A DNA stretch of 64,000 nucleotides from Bispira polyomma. Its lineage: Eukaryota. The notes under the pieces were generated by a model. It made no database searches. It was given only the letters and a program-made list of their open reading frames with translations, and was not told the origin of the DNA. The position numbers and the translations under genes were made by a program. This document shows, piece by piece, positions 49,251-61,725 of this stretch (within the stretch, counting starts at the first letter, position 1; each line of letters opens with the position of its first letter). The stretch covers positions 32,984,001 to 33,048,000 of the forward strand of contig OZ287748.1 of assembly GCA_965649765.1 (NCBI GenBank). Direction: 5' to 3'.

Positions 49251-51594
49251 AGATATTAATCCTCAATAGAGATTATCAGACAAACCATTGTAGTGCTACC
49301 ACATGCTTTTTTTTTTTTTTGGTTGGAGTTACTACCTGGCGTGAATATTTCACATCCACTGAAAGGGAGGGATAAAATCATTCTGTCGTACCGTAAATTT
49401 TAACACTATTACATCCTGGGCCAATTCATCCTCTCACACCGGGCGTTTTTCTTCACCACAGACAGATGGCCAACTAATGAGCCCTCATTCAAATGAGTAC
49501 AGCATTCTAAAATGTTTGTCCGATTTACTTTAAGATTAAACTTAATGATATACAGTTTCTTCACTATTCTGTATGAATATAATTCTTGTTAAAGTACACA
49601 TATTTACTAGTTGACTATTTTTTTTTTATTTACTGCATTATATTCTAATATCATTTTGTTTTTAGTCAAGTATTTTAAGAAATCTATTTAGATCAACCAT
49701 AACTTCCTCTGGTGATTCCTTCATGCCCTCTCTATTTCTCCACATGAGTAGGTGGTGCACCACATGCCATATAATTTGTGACCAAGATGTTGATAGAACA
49801 TAATGACATGTTTCTTGCAAATTAACACTCAGATATTGTTGGTTTGTTCTATGCTGCCTCATTTGTCACACTTTCGCACTCAAGAAAGACAAATATATAT
49901 TTTCGGTGAAAGAAATAAAATTAATTGTGAAGATATTGAGAAGAGTTACACAGTGTCTCAAAATTGTACACAGATACAGACACATTGTGGAAACTATCTG
50001 TACAAATGGTTTACACTGCTTGGCCAGCAATTTTGGTCATAGGCAAAAAATATGGACACCACTATTTTCAATCACAAATTTCATATTTTATGGGATGTAA
50101 TGTTTCTTTAGTGATGGTGGATTAATCTTATATGTGACTTCTAAGATAAGAATATGTATATATATGTGTAGCCATTTGGTCTTTAGTGATGAAGAAATTA
50201 TCAACAGTATTCAGGGGTGATCATCGCTAGACAAGCAGTAGAGTTGAAATAAAAAAATAATTGTAATTATTTACTCATTTTACAGAAAACATAGATTCTA
50301 CCAGTAAACAACCTCTGATTGATGATAACTATTAAAGGTGCATATTTCAAAAACACTCTCATGAGATTTTTATTGAATCTGTCGGGAAAAAAGCCATTGA
50401 CTCTTAAATGTTTACTATATTTTAGCTAGCCAGATACACACACTACAAGTTAAAGAATAACTCCTGTCAGTCAACTATTTACACCTTTTAATACCTTCTG
50501 ACATTATCTTATTTTTAGAATCACCTACCTTAAAGTAGGCCTTGGTACACACCTAGGTTAATTATCCTTTACATTTTTTAAACCTTTAACCATCAGTCCA
50601 CATTAATGTTAAGTTATTATATGCACGTTATTATTACTATTCTTGAGTCAGTCATCAGTCTAGAGTTATACCTTTAAACATGGTGTATATTTGTATGTAA
50701 AAAAATCTCATAAGTAGAATCTATGATTAATCCAGCACATAATAACTCTGCACATATTTAACACTACATATTCAAATTATCTTTAGACAATCGTAACAAA
50801 AGCTTCTTTTACAACATATAGATGATATTCTGTGACCAAAAGCAAAAAGAGTGCAACTTTACCAATGAGGTAACGTTATTGATTATCTTATTACCTGATA
50901 GTATATTACCTTGAGTGTGTTATATAACACACAGACATACACAAGAAAGGCCTCATTAATAAGTTTAACTAGAAAAGGGGGAAAGACAGGGCCAACATGT
51001 TTAAGAACATATAACATGCTCAGAATTGAAAAAGAACAGGAAGAACACCTATCAAAATATCCAATTTATCAGCCATCATTTCTTACACCAGAACCTAGCC
51101 TTGCTCAGGAGCTAGTGTACCAAAGAAGTGGACATTTTAACTACACTAATAATTTCCATAATTTACAATTGTTTAAGAAATTTACTGGAATAAATTATCT
51201 CTATAGGCCAATTTTTTAGTTACAAGTTTTTAAATATACAAGTTTATTTTGAATGGGAATATATAATATTCATTATCCAAGCTCTTAGAGCCACAGTTTA
51301 AGTGGTTTCATACAGAAAATTTCCACTCGTACAATATTTGATCTATTGTATTTTCCATGGTATATTTTAAGCAAAATTGTGAGGTTGTATTTTAACTCAG
51401 CAATTGTATTCCAAAAGAACTTGCAGTATCCTCCATATTGTCTTTATAAAAAATGTTGTTGCATTTAAAAGGTCCATTACTTCAAATATCCACATATCTT
51501 ACTATAGTTATACTTCAAGCTCCCAGGTACAACCAGATACACTAAGTGGCTCAGATGACCACTTAAAATAAATATACTGTGTACACAAGAGACT

Positions 51595-51740
51595 GTGACT
51601 CAGGAACACAGCTAGATGACCTGGGTTCAATCTCCGGCTGGCATGGCCAGGTAAAATATTAAATAGTGACTCAGGTGAACACATAAAACGGCAGTCCTCT
51701 GTCGTTGGGTGCCACCCCAATTAAGTGGCCAGTAAAAGAA
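51595..51740 (+). mobile_element. degenerate tRNA-derived SINE
   Basis: B-box-like cctgggttcaatctcc and downstream ataaaacggcagtcc...gtaaaagaa block. Confidence 0.45.
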
Positions 51741-52110
51741 ATAATAATTTATCACTTTGAGTGTGTTTATTTTTGGTACTGATGAAAAACTTTTGCTTCA
51801 GAAAATGAATAAATTATTTTGTTCTTCACATTGTTACGTCACATGTACGTCATATTTCACATGTTTATGATGTCACACTGAACCGAGTTTGAGGCACCAA
51901 CAATAGCTGGTCATTATTTAGTGTCGATATATAACCGTCTTAGCAAGGCTACCCAAACATCACACAAAGGAGGGGTTCAGTTTTTTTATGTTATTTTTTT
52001 ATTCCCAGTGTTTTAATGGGTATCTGTAAAAGAATAACCTAGTCTCCTCCATGTATACATGATATTGCAGAGAAAATTTCTGGACTACAAAAACCTGTAT
52101 AACAACTTAC

Positions 52111-52146
52111 CTTTGTTGACAAGCTGATGTTGGAGGTTTGGCACTT
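52111..52146 (-). other. candidate 36-nt exon
   Basis: Minus strand: tttctgttaatctttttacag|AAGTGCC...AACAAAG|gtaagtt; all three frames open. Confidence 0.5.
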
Positions 52147-53751
52147 CTGTAAAAAGATTAACAGAAATCTGATGAAATGTGAACTGATGTGTATTCCTCC
52201 TGATTTTAGAAACATGTAAAGTCACTTTGTTTTGGTACAAAACAGCATATTAGATCCATTGTAAATCAAACATATCCACCTGAATTTGACTTTATATTCA
52301 CAAAATTTAAAACAAAAAAAAAATCAGTAAACAGATCAGTACACGTTTTGTGCTCTAATAATTTTATATACCCAAGCCTTTATTCCTGTTTATTCTGATT
52401 TGCACAGCATCTAGATTTCTACATCCATAATAATCCAACTACCCACTCATTCGTGGCTGCTGTATCTTGAGTACATAAACTGCTTGTTGATGAGATAAGA
52501 CTTAATCTCTACACACTTGCATGTTTATAGACATGTAAAGAGAGTTGACTTTGTAAGATAAAGCTCTGTTAAGTGCTATAAATTATAAACACACTTGTAC
52601 ACCGACCATGTCTGGATAATACTACCAATAGAGTTATTTAATTCACATATTTATGAACATGTCTACATAATACTACTAATAGAATTTATTTAATTCTTAT
52701 ACACAGAGTTTCTCTGAATATTTTATATTCAATCAACTTTCAAAATCCATATTAATACTGAAAGAATGATATCTGTTCTCAAATATATCTTTGTCCATTC
52801 TACAAGTCAGTACTATGTACATTGAGCTAGCATATGATATATACAGTACATTACACAAACACTTGAGTGTGCATTTTCCCTTTAAAACCTTTTGAAGTAC
52901 TGTTTTCTTAATATATCATAGCTATTTGGTTTTACACGTTCCATTACACTATTAAAATCCTCATCTATTACAGCACAATATATTCTCTTGTTAATTTTCC
53001 AACCCTTTCTTATTTATGCTACACAAACATTCACCCAACTGATCACAGTACAGACCAGAGTCTGGTTTCTAAATACACGAAAGAGCTCAGTGTTTTAAAA
53101 CGTCACCTGGGCGATAATTGGCACACTAAGTAGCAAACAACATCTGTGCCGCTGTGATTTCTGACCCACACATACATAAAATTCTATTTTATTTTTATTT
53201 TTCACTGACGTTTGATGCTTTCTCTTTAACTCTCTCTCCTATGTAACTAGAATAAATTGACTGACAAAATGGCCCCCAAAGCGTTTTAGCATGACTAATG
53301 TACATCTATTTATAATTTTTTGTTCATTGTGCTATTATTCAATTGTTAACAAACACAGTACTTACTTTATTGTTACCACTGATTAAACAAAAAACTCTCA
53401 CTTTCCCCCGCACTTTCTATTAGCAGTGATTAAGGAGGCAGGAGGCTTTATTGCTTTTCCGGGATGCCCATATTTGTACAGTCATTCCTCTGTTACTAAT
53501 GCTGTCATTAACATAACTTGTCACCCACCGTTAACTGCTGTATAAGAAGATAATTACAGTAGGAAATCATTTTAGTTATTTTACCTGATGAGTTGGGATT
53601 GTGAAAATAAATTCCTGGTGACAAACTTTGATATTTAAACCCACAAAATAGCCAAATGTGAAAGTCCCATTATAGTGACTTTCTCAAAAATTGCAAAATA
53701 TAGTGAAATTTACTTCCAAGTAAAAGTAGGAGTCACAGTTATTATAAATAT

Positions 53752-53990
53752 ACATTATTAGTATGCTGTTTTAACGCGCTTTATTGATGCTAGGCATCTT
53801 CTAAAGCGCAACAGCAAAATCATTGATCCAATCATAATGTCCATGGGCATAGCAAGGTCATAAGGGTAGGGGTGTTAACAGCTGCTTAATAAGAAAGCAA
53901 CCAGACGGGGGTGTTAAGCCATCCCGCAGCGTCCACCAGCAAGGGGCGCAACTTTATTTCACCCTTCCCATGGTGAAGGGTGCCGTAGCG
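53752..53990 (-). mobile_element. retroposon 3' end, copy 2
   Basis: Reverse complement of 35075-35320. Confidence 0.85.
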
Positions 53991-54654
53991 AAAATACAGT
54001 ATACAGTACTACTGTGATTATTACTCTCATAAGTCAGATCTTTCTATGAAAATATCAGTTGTCATATGTGACATTTAGAGGTCAAATCTTGCCTAATGTT
54101 TCCATGCAGCAGAACCGTCCACAGACAACAGGTAAATGATAACCAGCAGCAGATAGTAGATTTTTAATGTGTGTTTGATTGCTGGCTGATTTTTTGGTCA
54201 AGAATAAATTGTCTTATAAATTATTGGATATTTCTGATTTCATTACGGGCCGACATAGACTAATGTGTTCGCTACTAAGGCTGATCATCGGCTTGCATCG
54301 GCATCGGGTATATGGAAAGACTGTGTATGGGAAAAAAGAAATTAATAGAATTGGCTATCTGTTGACGGTCGTCTGCTACATGGAAAACATATAGGCTTAG
54401 AATTTAACATGATGACTTCTTTCCAAAAATAACACAAGTATGGATATCCAGTCATACTATATATACAACAGCCTTAACATGCTTTGATATCAACACCCAA
54501 GATTTAACTGGATATGTCTCTCCACAGTATCCCATTATCTAAGGTTCTAAGGTTCTTAGTGTATGTACACATAGTAGAGGCTTTCAATACACGACTCCCG
54601 ATTTGCGTAAGCGAATTTTTGTCTCCTTGTCATTTTCGTTTAGTTGTTTACATG

Positions 54655-54945
54655 TGTAATAGTGACTGCAGCCTGGTCTAATGATCAGAAGGTCCTGGGT
54701 TCGACTCCTGATACGGCTCGCTAGTTTCATAGGTCGGATAACATCCTTGGGCAAGATGTGTACACGCATCTGCCTAGTTGCTCGGCAAGACCACTTAAAA
54801 TTGTCATTGACAAGCCTCTCTCTTCAGTTTTGGGAATGACAGTAAATGGTGCAGTTGACTGTTACAGTCAGGAAAGAGTTAATTGCCTCTCTGAATACCA
54901 GATGAAAGTGGATATATGGGCTGAATACAAATACGAATACAAAAA
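54655..54945 (+). mobile_element. tRNA/CORE-type SINE
   Basis: B box GGTTCGACTCC, CORE-like tccttgggcaag, (AATAC)-type tail. Confidence 0.75.
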
Positions 54946-55827
54946 TGATTTTTAACTACAACATGTTGTTTGATGAAGACAAATTGACATGTGTAATGTG
55001 TACCTAACTGATATCAATAATTGATCTATTTAACTTAGAGTGACTCGGAGGGCAATTAATGTGACACATTAACATCTACAGTTTATCAAAGTTGACTACA
55101 AAGTTCAAACGGGTTCCATTATATTTTGACAAAGACACGTGACTTTAAACAATTGTTTTAGTACATAGTTCTCCTACAGAGGCTAGTTTGATGTTGTCGC
55201 CATATATTTCTTTTAGTATATAGTGTATATGTTTAATTTTATTACCATTGCTTTTTTGTTGATAAAAAATTGGTTTATTTAGATAGGCAATTATTGTGAA
55301 GTGATGCTGGTAGTACTTGAATAAATGTTTTGGAATACAAAGAATAAAAAAAAAGTTAAGAAAGAAAAATGTCATGTGAAAAGTAAATTGCAAGTCATTT
55401 TTTATCAAATGGTTTGAATGACGAAGTCAAGTTCTTTTCAAATAGGACAGAGTTAAACATGAGTGTCATTAGTGCTAGCCTTGGTAGGGACTTTCATCAC
55501 TGTTTTATGTGGGATATTTGCATTTCTCAAAAAGGCTCTAAAATGTGATCCAAAAAAAGTCTAATTGTAAAACACATGTAAAACTACATATATCATTTGA
55601 CACATAAATTGGAAAACATATCTGTTCCAGGAAATAAAGACCTGTGCACATTCTGCTCTATAGATTAAAGCAATTTATGTTAAATATAATGAAAAATGAG
55701 CATATATGTTTAAGGTTTACTTTGATACAACAGAGCCTCAATTCAAACTAAGTTTTTATTGCGACCTTTTTTATGTTGTTGTTCGGTGGGGTTTTTATCA
55801 TGCCCAGCCTGACATTATTTTTATTCT

Positions 55828-56140
55828 TGACCCTGAATATAACGTATGGCCCCCAAATAGCGTATGCTCTACTTTTGCTAACTAATCTAGTCCAATATAT
55901 TACTATTAAAGTGTACTGTTCAACATTGCATATGGTGTATCTAACCTCCAGCCATCTTACATACATTGCCACAACTACTTTTCATCTGGTGGAGCATGGT
56001 AATGTTTCATTCTGAAAAGGGTGCCGCCATCTTAAAAATAATAATATTTTAAGGCCTTCATGGATTGGTTGGAAGCAATCGACCAGTCCAAACTGAGGGT
56101 GTCAGATTTGCCTGAGTATATTGTGGCCATATCAACAATA
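55828..56140 (+). repeat. unclassified interspersed repeat, copy 3
   Basis: Aligns with 37981-38325 and 18088-18262. Confidence 0.85.
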
Positions 56141-56544
56141 GCGTATTTCACACTGTGCTCTTGTGTCTTTTTTGAAATACACTTCTTGTTTTCAGAATAT
56201 TTTAATGTTCATTTTCAAACTACTGTGGTATACGGTAGCCAACGTGTATTTGTTGTTGTTTTTTAGTTATTTCTAAAGCATTCTGTGACTCATAGTGACT
56301 GGACATTCTCAAAAGATATTATCTTCAATCACCCAAAATACCATTTTCACAGATTTATACAATGTGAAGTTTTCAAATGCTCGTATTAATATTCTGAGAA
56401 TGATATTTTAGAATTCAGCACTGAAAGCTCTATTAAAATGAACAATTTCAAGTACAGATTATCTCCATATACAAGGACTTCCACATAGCATTCATTCGAG
56501 TTAAGTTTGAGCTTCAGTCTCTTTGAAGAGTCTGGTCCATTCAG

Positions 56545-56598
56545 AAACCAACAAACAAACCGACAAGGGCTAAAACATAACCTCCTTGGCAGAGGTAA
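56545..56598 (-). mobile_element. 5' fragment of HINE/DINE-like element
   Basis: Minus strand ttacctctgccaaggaggttatgtttt...gtttgtttgttgg. Confidence 0.65.
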
Positions 56599-56974
56599 CA
56601 AGTACATTACATGTTAATTTGGCAGAGACTAAAAATACCCTAGTTTTTAGTGGACTCCATAGATAATGGATTATGTAAAGCCATGAATATATATTCACTG
56701 TATAGACGGTATTACAGTATTAAGAGAAACACATTTTAATGGCAATGGAATGTGTGTGGAGAATTGAGAGAATTAAAAATAGCTTAGATAATTATATAAG
56801 TCTCACGATGATCTCAGCTACTAAAACTTCACAACTCTAAACTGTTTGTAATCTCTAATAGGTCTTGCCCCAGACGTGCCTAGATAAAAGATAAGTCAAC
56901 ATTGCAAGTTATAAGACTAATGTGTTAGCTATGCTTCTGTAGTTTTTTTATCTGTGTCCAGTTTTGATATTCAG

Positions 56975-57500
56975 CAGTACTAGAAGATAGTAACTTGACG
57001 CCTGAGGGTTGGAATGGATTCTTTAAAAAAAAACACTTACTCAAGACATCAGGAATGTGTTGTCATCGACTTGTCCGGCCATACTGTACATTCTGGAGAA
57101 ATTCTTTAAAAGCACGAGTTTTAGAAAATGTTTGAACTGTGTGTCAAATAAATGGAGGAAATCATACATGTATGGTATGTTTGCACCAGCAATTGTTAAG
57201 TAATTGTTAAAAAGTTTTTGCTTTAAAATTATTAAAATGGTAAGTGTCATTTATAAGAGGAATTATTAAACCCCCTTGTAATGTAAGTATAGAACAGGCT
57301 TAAGGAATATAGATAGTGAAATTGAACTGATTTTAGATCTCACACTAATTATGAACCATGTTCTCCCTGTACACCGTGCCATGATGGTTAGTAAACATAG
57401 AAACCCATAAGTGCCTTGGCGGAGGTCATCGCAAATGTTTGATATTGGTATCTTGGATATAATGATAAATGTCAAGAAGACTAAAAATGCACCCCAACAA
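56975..57500 (+). pseudogene. probable TNF-receptor-superfamily pseudogene (two decayed CRD exons)
   Basis: SGMCCHR/CPAILY...RKCLNC...KSY(I)|SHTNYEPCSPCTPCHDG**...GYNDKCQED*KCTP; GT-AG phase-2 intron 57170-57336 preserves frame; several stops and frameshifts. Confidence 0.55.
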
Positions 57501-58039
57501 AAATGACTGACTGGTACTTTACCAACATTGTTTGTCATAAAGTGTACTTATAATAAAAATTTCAATATTGATGTAAGGAAGAACAGAAAGCTTAGCTTCT
57601 TTATCAAACTTTCACATTAGTTCAGATCTGTCATAGTTACTCGACTAGTTTAGTTAAACATCACGTACATCAAACTAAAACTCTCCATTGCAAAATATAT
57701 AAATTGTTCCAGTAAATAAAAAGAGATAACAGACAGTGTCAATATAAAACTATTTTCGTTTTCGTTCTGATTTTCTGACAGCCAAAAACAGCTTTTCTTC
57801 CATTAGACAATTTACAACAGATAACACATCTGTTACATCAAACGATTCAACATGTATAGAGAGACAATTTGACTCTCAAATGATATGCAAATAAGGACAT
57901 AAATTGTGTATTTGCCTTTGGCAAGAACTGTACCAGTATTATGCAATAGTGGACGACAGTAAAGGTGAATAGCCAGACACTAGCCTTGCTTTTCAGGCTC
58001 ATATTGCTATATCTGATATACTTCATTTCAGTTTTAACC

Positions 58040-58150
58040 TGGGGTCTTACGTCACTTTCAACAGCCTTAGGTCATATCAGGATGGCCAGTTTCAATGGTG
58101 GAAGAGAGCACCGACCTAAGACAAGTATCTGACAAACTTTTCCACACATA
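58040..58150 (-). mobile_element. Meta-domain-like SINE fragment
   Basis: ttacgtcactttcaacag...ggtcatatc...ggtggaaga...caccgacct...ctgacaaactttcc; related to the 3' half of the 4250 family. Confidence 0.6.
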
Positions 58151-58485
58151 CCAAATTCCACATATACCAAATTCATGTGGACATTTTATAAGGCTTAACA
58201 AGAATACTACCAGAATAAGAAAGGTCTAGAAAGTATTCAAAATAAAAGCTCATATTGTTCAATCTGATTTACTTTGTTTTAGAAACGTGTATAAAAATCC
58301 CCAATGGGCAAGTGGGAAACGACTGGTGTTTAATCGTATGTCTACACCGACACAAAACAAGAATACTTTGAAAAGTCTACATAGCTTACAATAAAAAAAT
58401 ATCCATTTTAATGCATGCAAATAGCTTAGACTGATAAATATAGATTGATGCCAACTATCTAAACAACATTATGTAACATTACCAC

Positions 58486-58610
58486 ATTATTATTATTATT
58501 ATTATTATTATAAATTATCAACACGCTTTATTGATGCTAGGCATCTTCTAAAGCGCAACAGCAGAATCATTGGTCCAATCATTAAGTTCATGGACATTGC
58601 AAAGTCGAAA
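58486..58610 (-). mobile_element. retroposon 3' end, copy 3, with (TAA)n tail
   Basis: Matches 53775-53860 and the reverse complement of 35205-35320. Confidence 0.85.
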
Positions 58611-59778
58611 GGAAGGAAGTGGGTGTACATGTATGGTGTTATACTAGTATTTTGCAGTGGTTTATGCAGCATTTATTACAACTAATTGGCTGTCATTATA
58701 CTATATCCACTTTAATGTTTTATAGGGATGAAAAAATCTACTTTAATTTTTTATAGGGATGAAAAGAATAAATGTCACTTACTTGTTCAACTTAGTAATA
58801 ATTGTCTTTTTAATCTTTATTGTATATCAACAAAAGACAACACCTCAGAACTTCATAACAATACATTCCCAAAATGCCACTGTATCATTCTCTACACATA
58901 TATTCTTTCATTTTCAAAATAACAATCTTGTGTTATTTTTTCAACCCTTCGCCTTCTTTCTTAAAATATTTCAAAGCTTTATCCCTCGTTATAAAGAATA
59001 GAATAAACAACTAGACAAGCTTTTTGCTATATTAAGTATTCATAAACAAATCTGGTGGAAAATACAATAAAAAGGGAAACTGCAAATGTTATTATTACCG
59101 GTGTGTCTGTGTGTAACCCAAACAGCCATGTTTGAGGCATGAGTAATTTACTCAGCATTTCAAACCAGTTTCTCACCTCAAACCGCTCACAGATGTTATG
59201 TCAACTCACTTACCTCATTAGCCTAATGTGTATGATTTTTAATAGTTCATGCATGGATCTATATACTTCTTTAAAATCACAAAAAAAATATTAACCTTAG
59301 TTAAAATATCATATTGTACATCGCATATCTGGCTTTAAACAAAAATAATATAGTTTGAAACCATTGACCTGTTTATAAGATGAATGAGTTTCTTAGGAGA
59401 TAATTACCATTGTAAGGCTGTAAGGATAAACCTTTATGGTACATAGTTGCTGTTGACAAAAAGGAAGACTTTGCTTGTCCAAACAATATGACTAAAGAAA
59501 CAGCAAATTATGTCTTCCACAAAAACAAAATATAAAAAAATTAATCATGAATCATGCATTGGTCAGCATATCTGTATTAATGAGATTGCATGACACTGTT
59601 AATGATCTATTGATCCAAAAAACAACACATACCTGAAGTGTAAAATAGTTCTATTTATACGGACTGAGTATTAGCCTTGCTTATAAGGCTCAAGTTAGTC
59701 AGACAGCCTCACTTAATTTACAAAGCTTCAAATATGTACACATTTGATATAAGCATAACGTCCTTATACAACTATCAG

Positions 59779-60110
59779 TGGCAGTATTCACGTATTAGTC
59801 TTATCTTAGTCTTTTGCTTAAGATTCTGGGGCCATATTCACAAGGAGGCTTAGCCAGGTCTTAGGCTTAAATCTAGAACAAAAGTATACTGATTTAAGCC
59901 TTAGACCTGGCTAGGTCCCTTTGTAATTACCACCCCGGTCTTTGATTATTGCAGAAAATGAAAAAGATTTGTGCCTTAGTCCCAGTGACAGTATTCAAAA
60001 TATCTTTGCTTAGTACTAACTCTGCAATTAAAAATCAATCTTAAATATTTTAGACATAAATGGTAAGCTCAATACCAAGTTAGGACAAGGCCCTTTTGTA
60101 AATACGGCCA
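59779..60110. mobile_element. cluster of Harbinger-like MITEs including a near-perfect palindrome (59829-59936)
   Basis: Outer ends tggcagtattcac / gtaaatacggcca, second left end at 59986, inner stem tagccaggtcttaggcttaaatc / gatttaagccttagacctggcta. Confidence 0.7.
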
Positions 60111-61632
60111 CTAAAGATCTATCTTCCCGAGCAAGTAAATATAGCTGCTATAGAAAAGGCAGTATGAATATAAAGGCAAATTTGTGTTATTGTGGTTGTG
60201 TACATTTAGTTACAGTTGTTGGGCCTTACTCAAGTCCAACTCAGTATTTGCAGTGAATATATACAGTAGATAGGTATGTGTAGTTCTACTACTGAGTTAT
60301 ACAGTCACTGTTAACAGCTGTCTGTGAGAGAACAATACTACCTGTTAAGACAGAGCAGTACATATGCATATTTAAGGTATATACGTCCCACATCAAATAA
60401 CAGATTACTGGCCTAATGCTCTATTGATTATGGGACTTGTGTTTATTGATTTTCATTTAAAATGACGGTCATAATGTAGAATCTATTTAATGATACGAGT
60501 ACAAGACCATAAATCATCATACTTCTATAAAATTGACTAAAAATATTAATCTAATATGGTTTACAGCATTGACCTGTTTGGAATTGCTTGAATAACCATA
60601 TCAGTTTCACAGCAGATACATGGAGATGTATAATCTGGTTCTCAGACGTCCTGAAAAAACCTTCCATAATGTTGACGTATATATAACTACACTACTTTTT
60701 TTTTCTCGAGCAGTAGTTTTAAAACATTAGGAAAGTTGTGAGAAAGAAATTCAATAAAAGAAAATATCTTGGATGGGTACATGATTTTTTATCTGGATAT
60801 GGAAAGACCTGCTCTAGACTGTGACAGCTTCGGATATGTATTGAAACTATCCTATAATAATTCAATAAAATATTTTTTCGATTTTCATTGTTTCCCAGTG
60901 TTAAAATATGAAAGTATAAAACAGTCATAATAAATTTGAATTTAATCACTTCTGACTTAACTGTTCAAACAATTTCTGAAAAGTCAATCTCCATTCTTTA
61001 AAATTGTGACACATGTGACAGAAAACAAGGCTATATATCTTTTAAATCAGATGTATTTTTTGCACTTGCTTAAAAAATAGGTTAAGAAACACATCAAGCA
61101 AAGTACATTGACACATCCTTGTTATTCCTTGGAGGGAATGTGACACACCCTTATGTAATAAGATTCCACATTGTATTGATGATACTGCATGGGTAATTAT
61201 GACCTGAATTATAGAGATAATGTGCAAGTCACAAGAGTTGGTTATATTGACTAATGTGTCATTACTGTTTACACTTGCTTAGAAAACTGTAATTTATAAC
61301 TCTCCAACACAATCGGTTTGTGTACTTAGCTGTTATAGTGCTGACATTGCCATTTCAGTTGTGTCTCCCAAATCCACAGACAAGTGAGTATTTACACGAG
61401 GCATTAACACATATTGCTAAGAGTGTAAGAGAGTTTTGACAAAAAAAACTAATTCAGAATAAAACGGACCAGATCACAAGACCCAAGCATTTATTAAAGA
61501 TAAACCTATGTCTGTCCACTTTACATAATAGTCAATACTTACTAACCCAGAATTATACTTAATGCATATATTGTCTTCCACCAGATATTGGAAACTTAAG
61601 GGGACAATTATGTTAAATTTATGTTGTCTCTG

Positions 61633-61725
61633 TGGCAGTTGAAGTGTCACACTTTGATCTGACGGTCCCTGCTCAATCCTCGCTGCAGGCATGGAGATCG
61701 TATCCTTGGGCAAGGTAATTTCATA
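61633..61725 (+). mobile_element. 5' fragment of CORE-type SINE
   Basis: gctgcaggcatggagatcgtatccttgggcaaggta matches the 27770 and 33745 copies. Confidence 0.65.
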
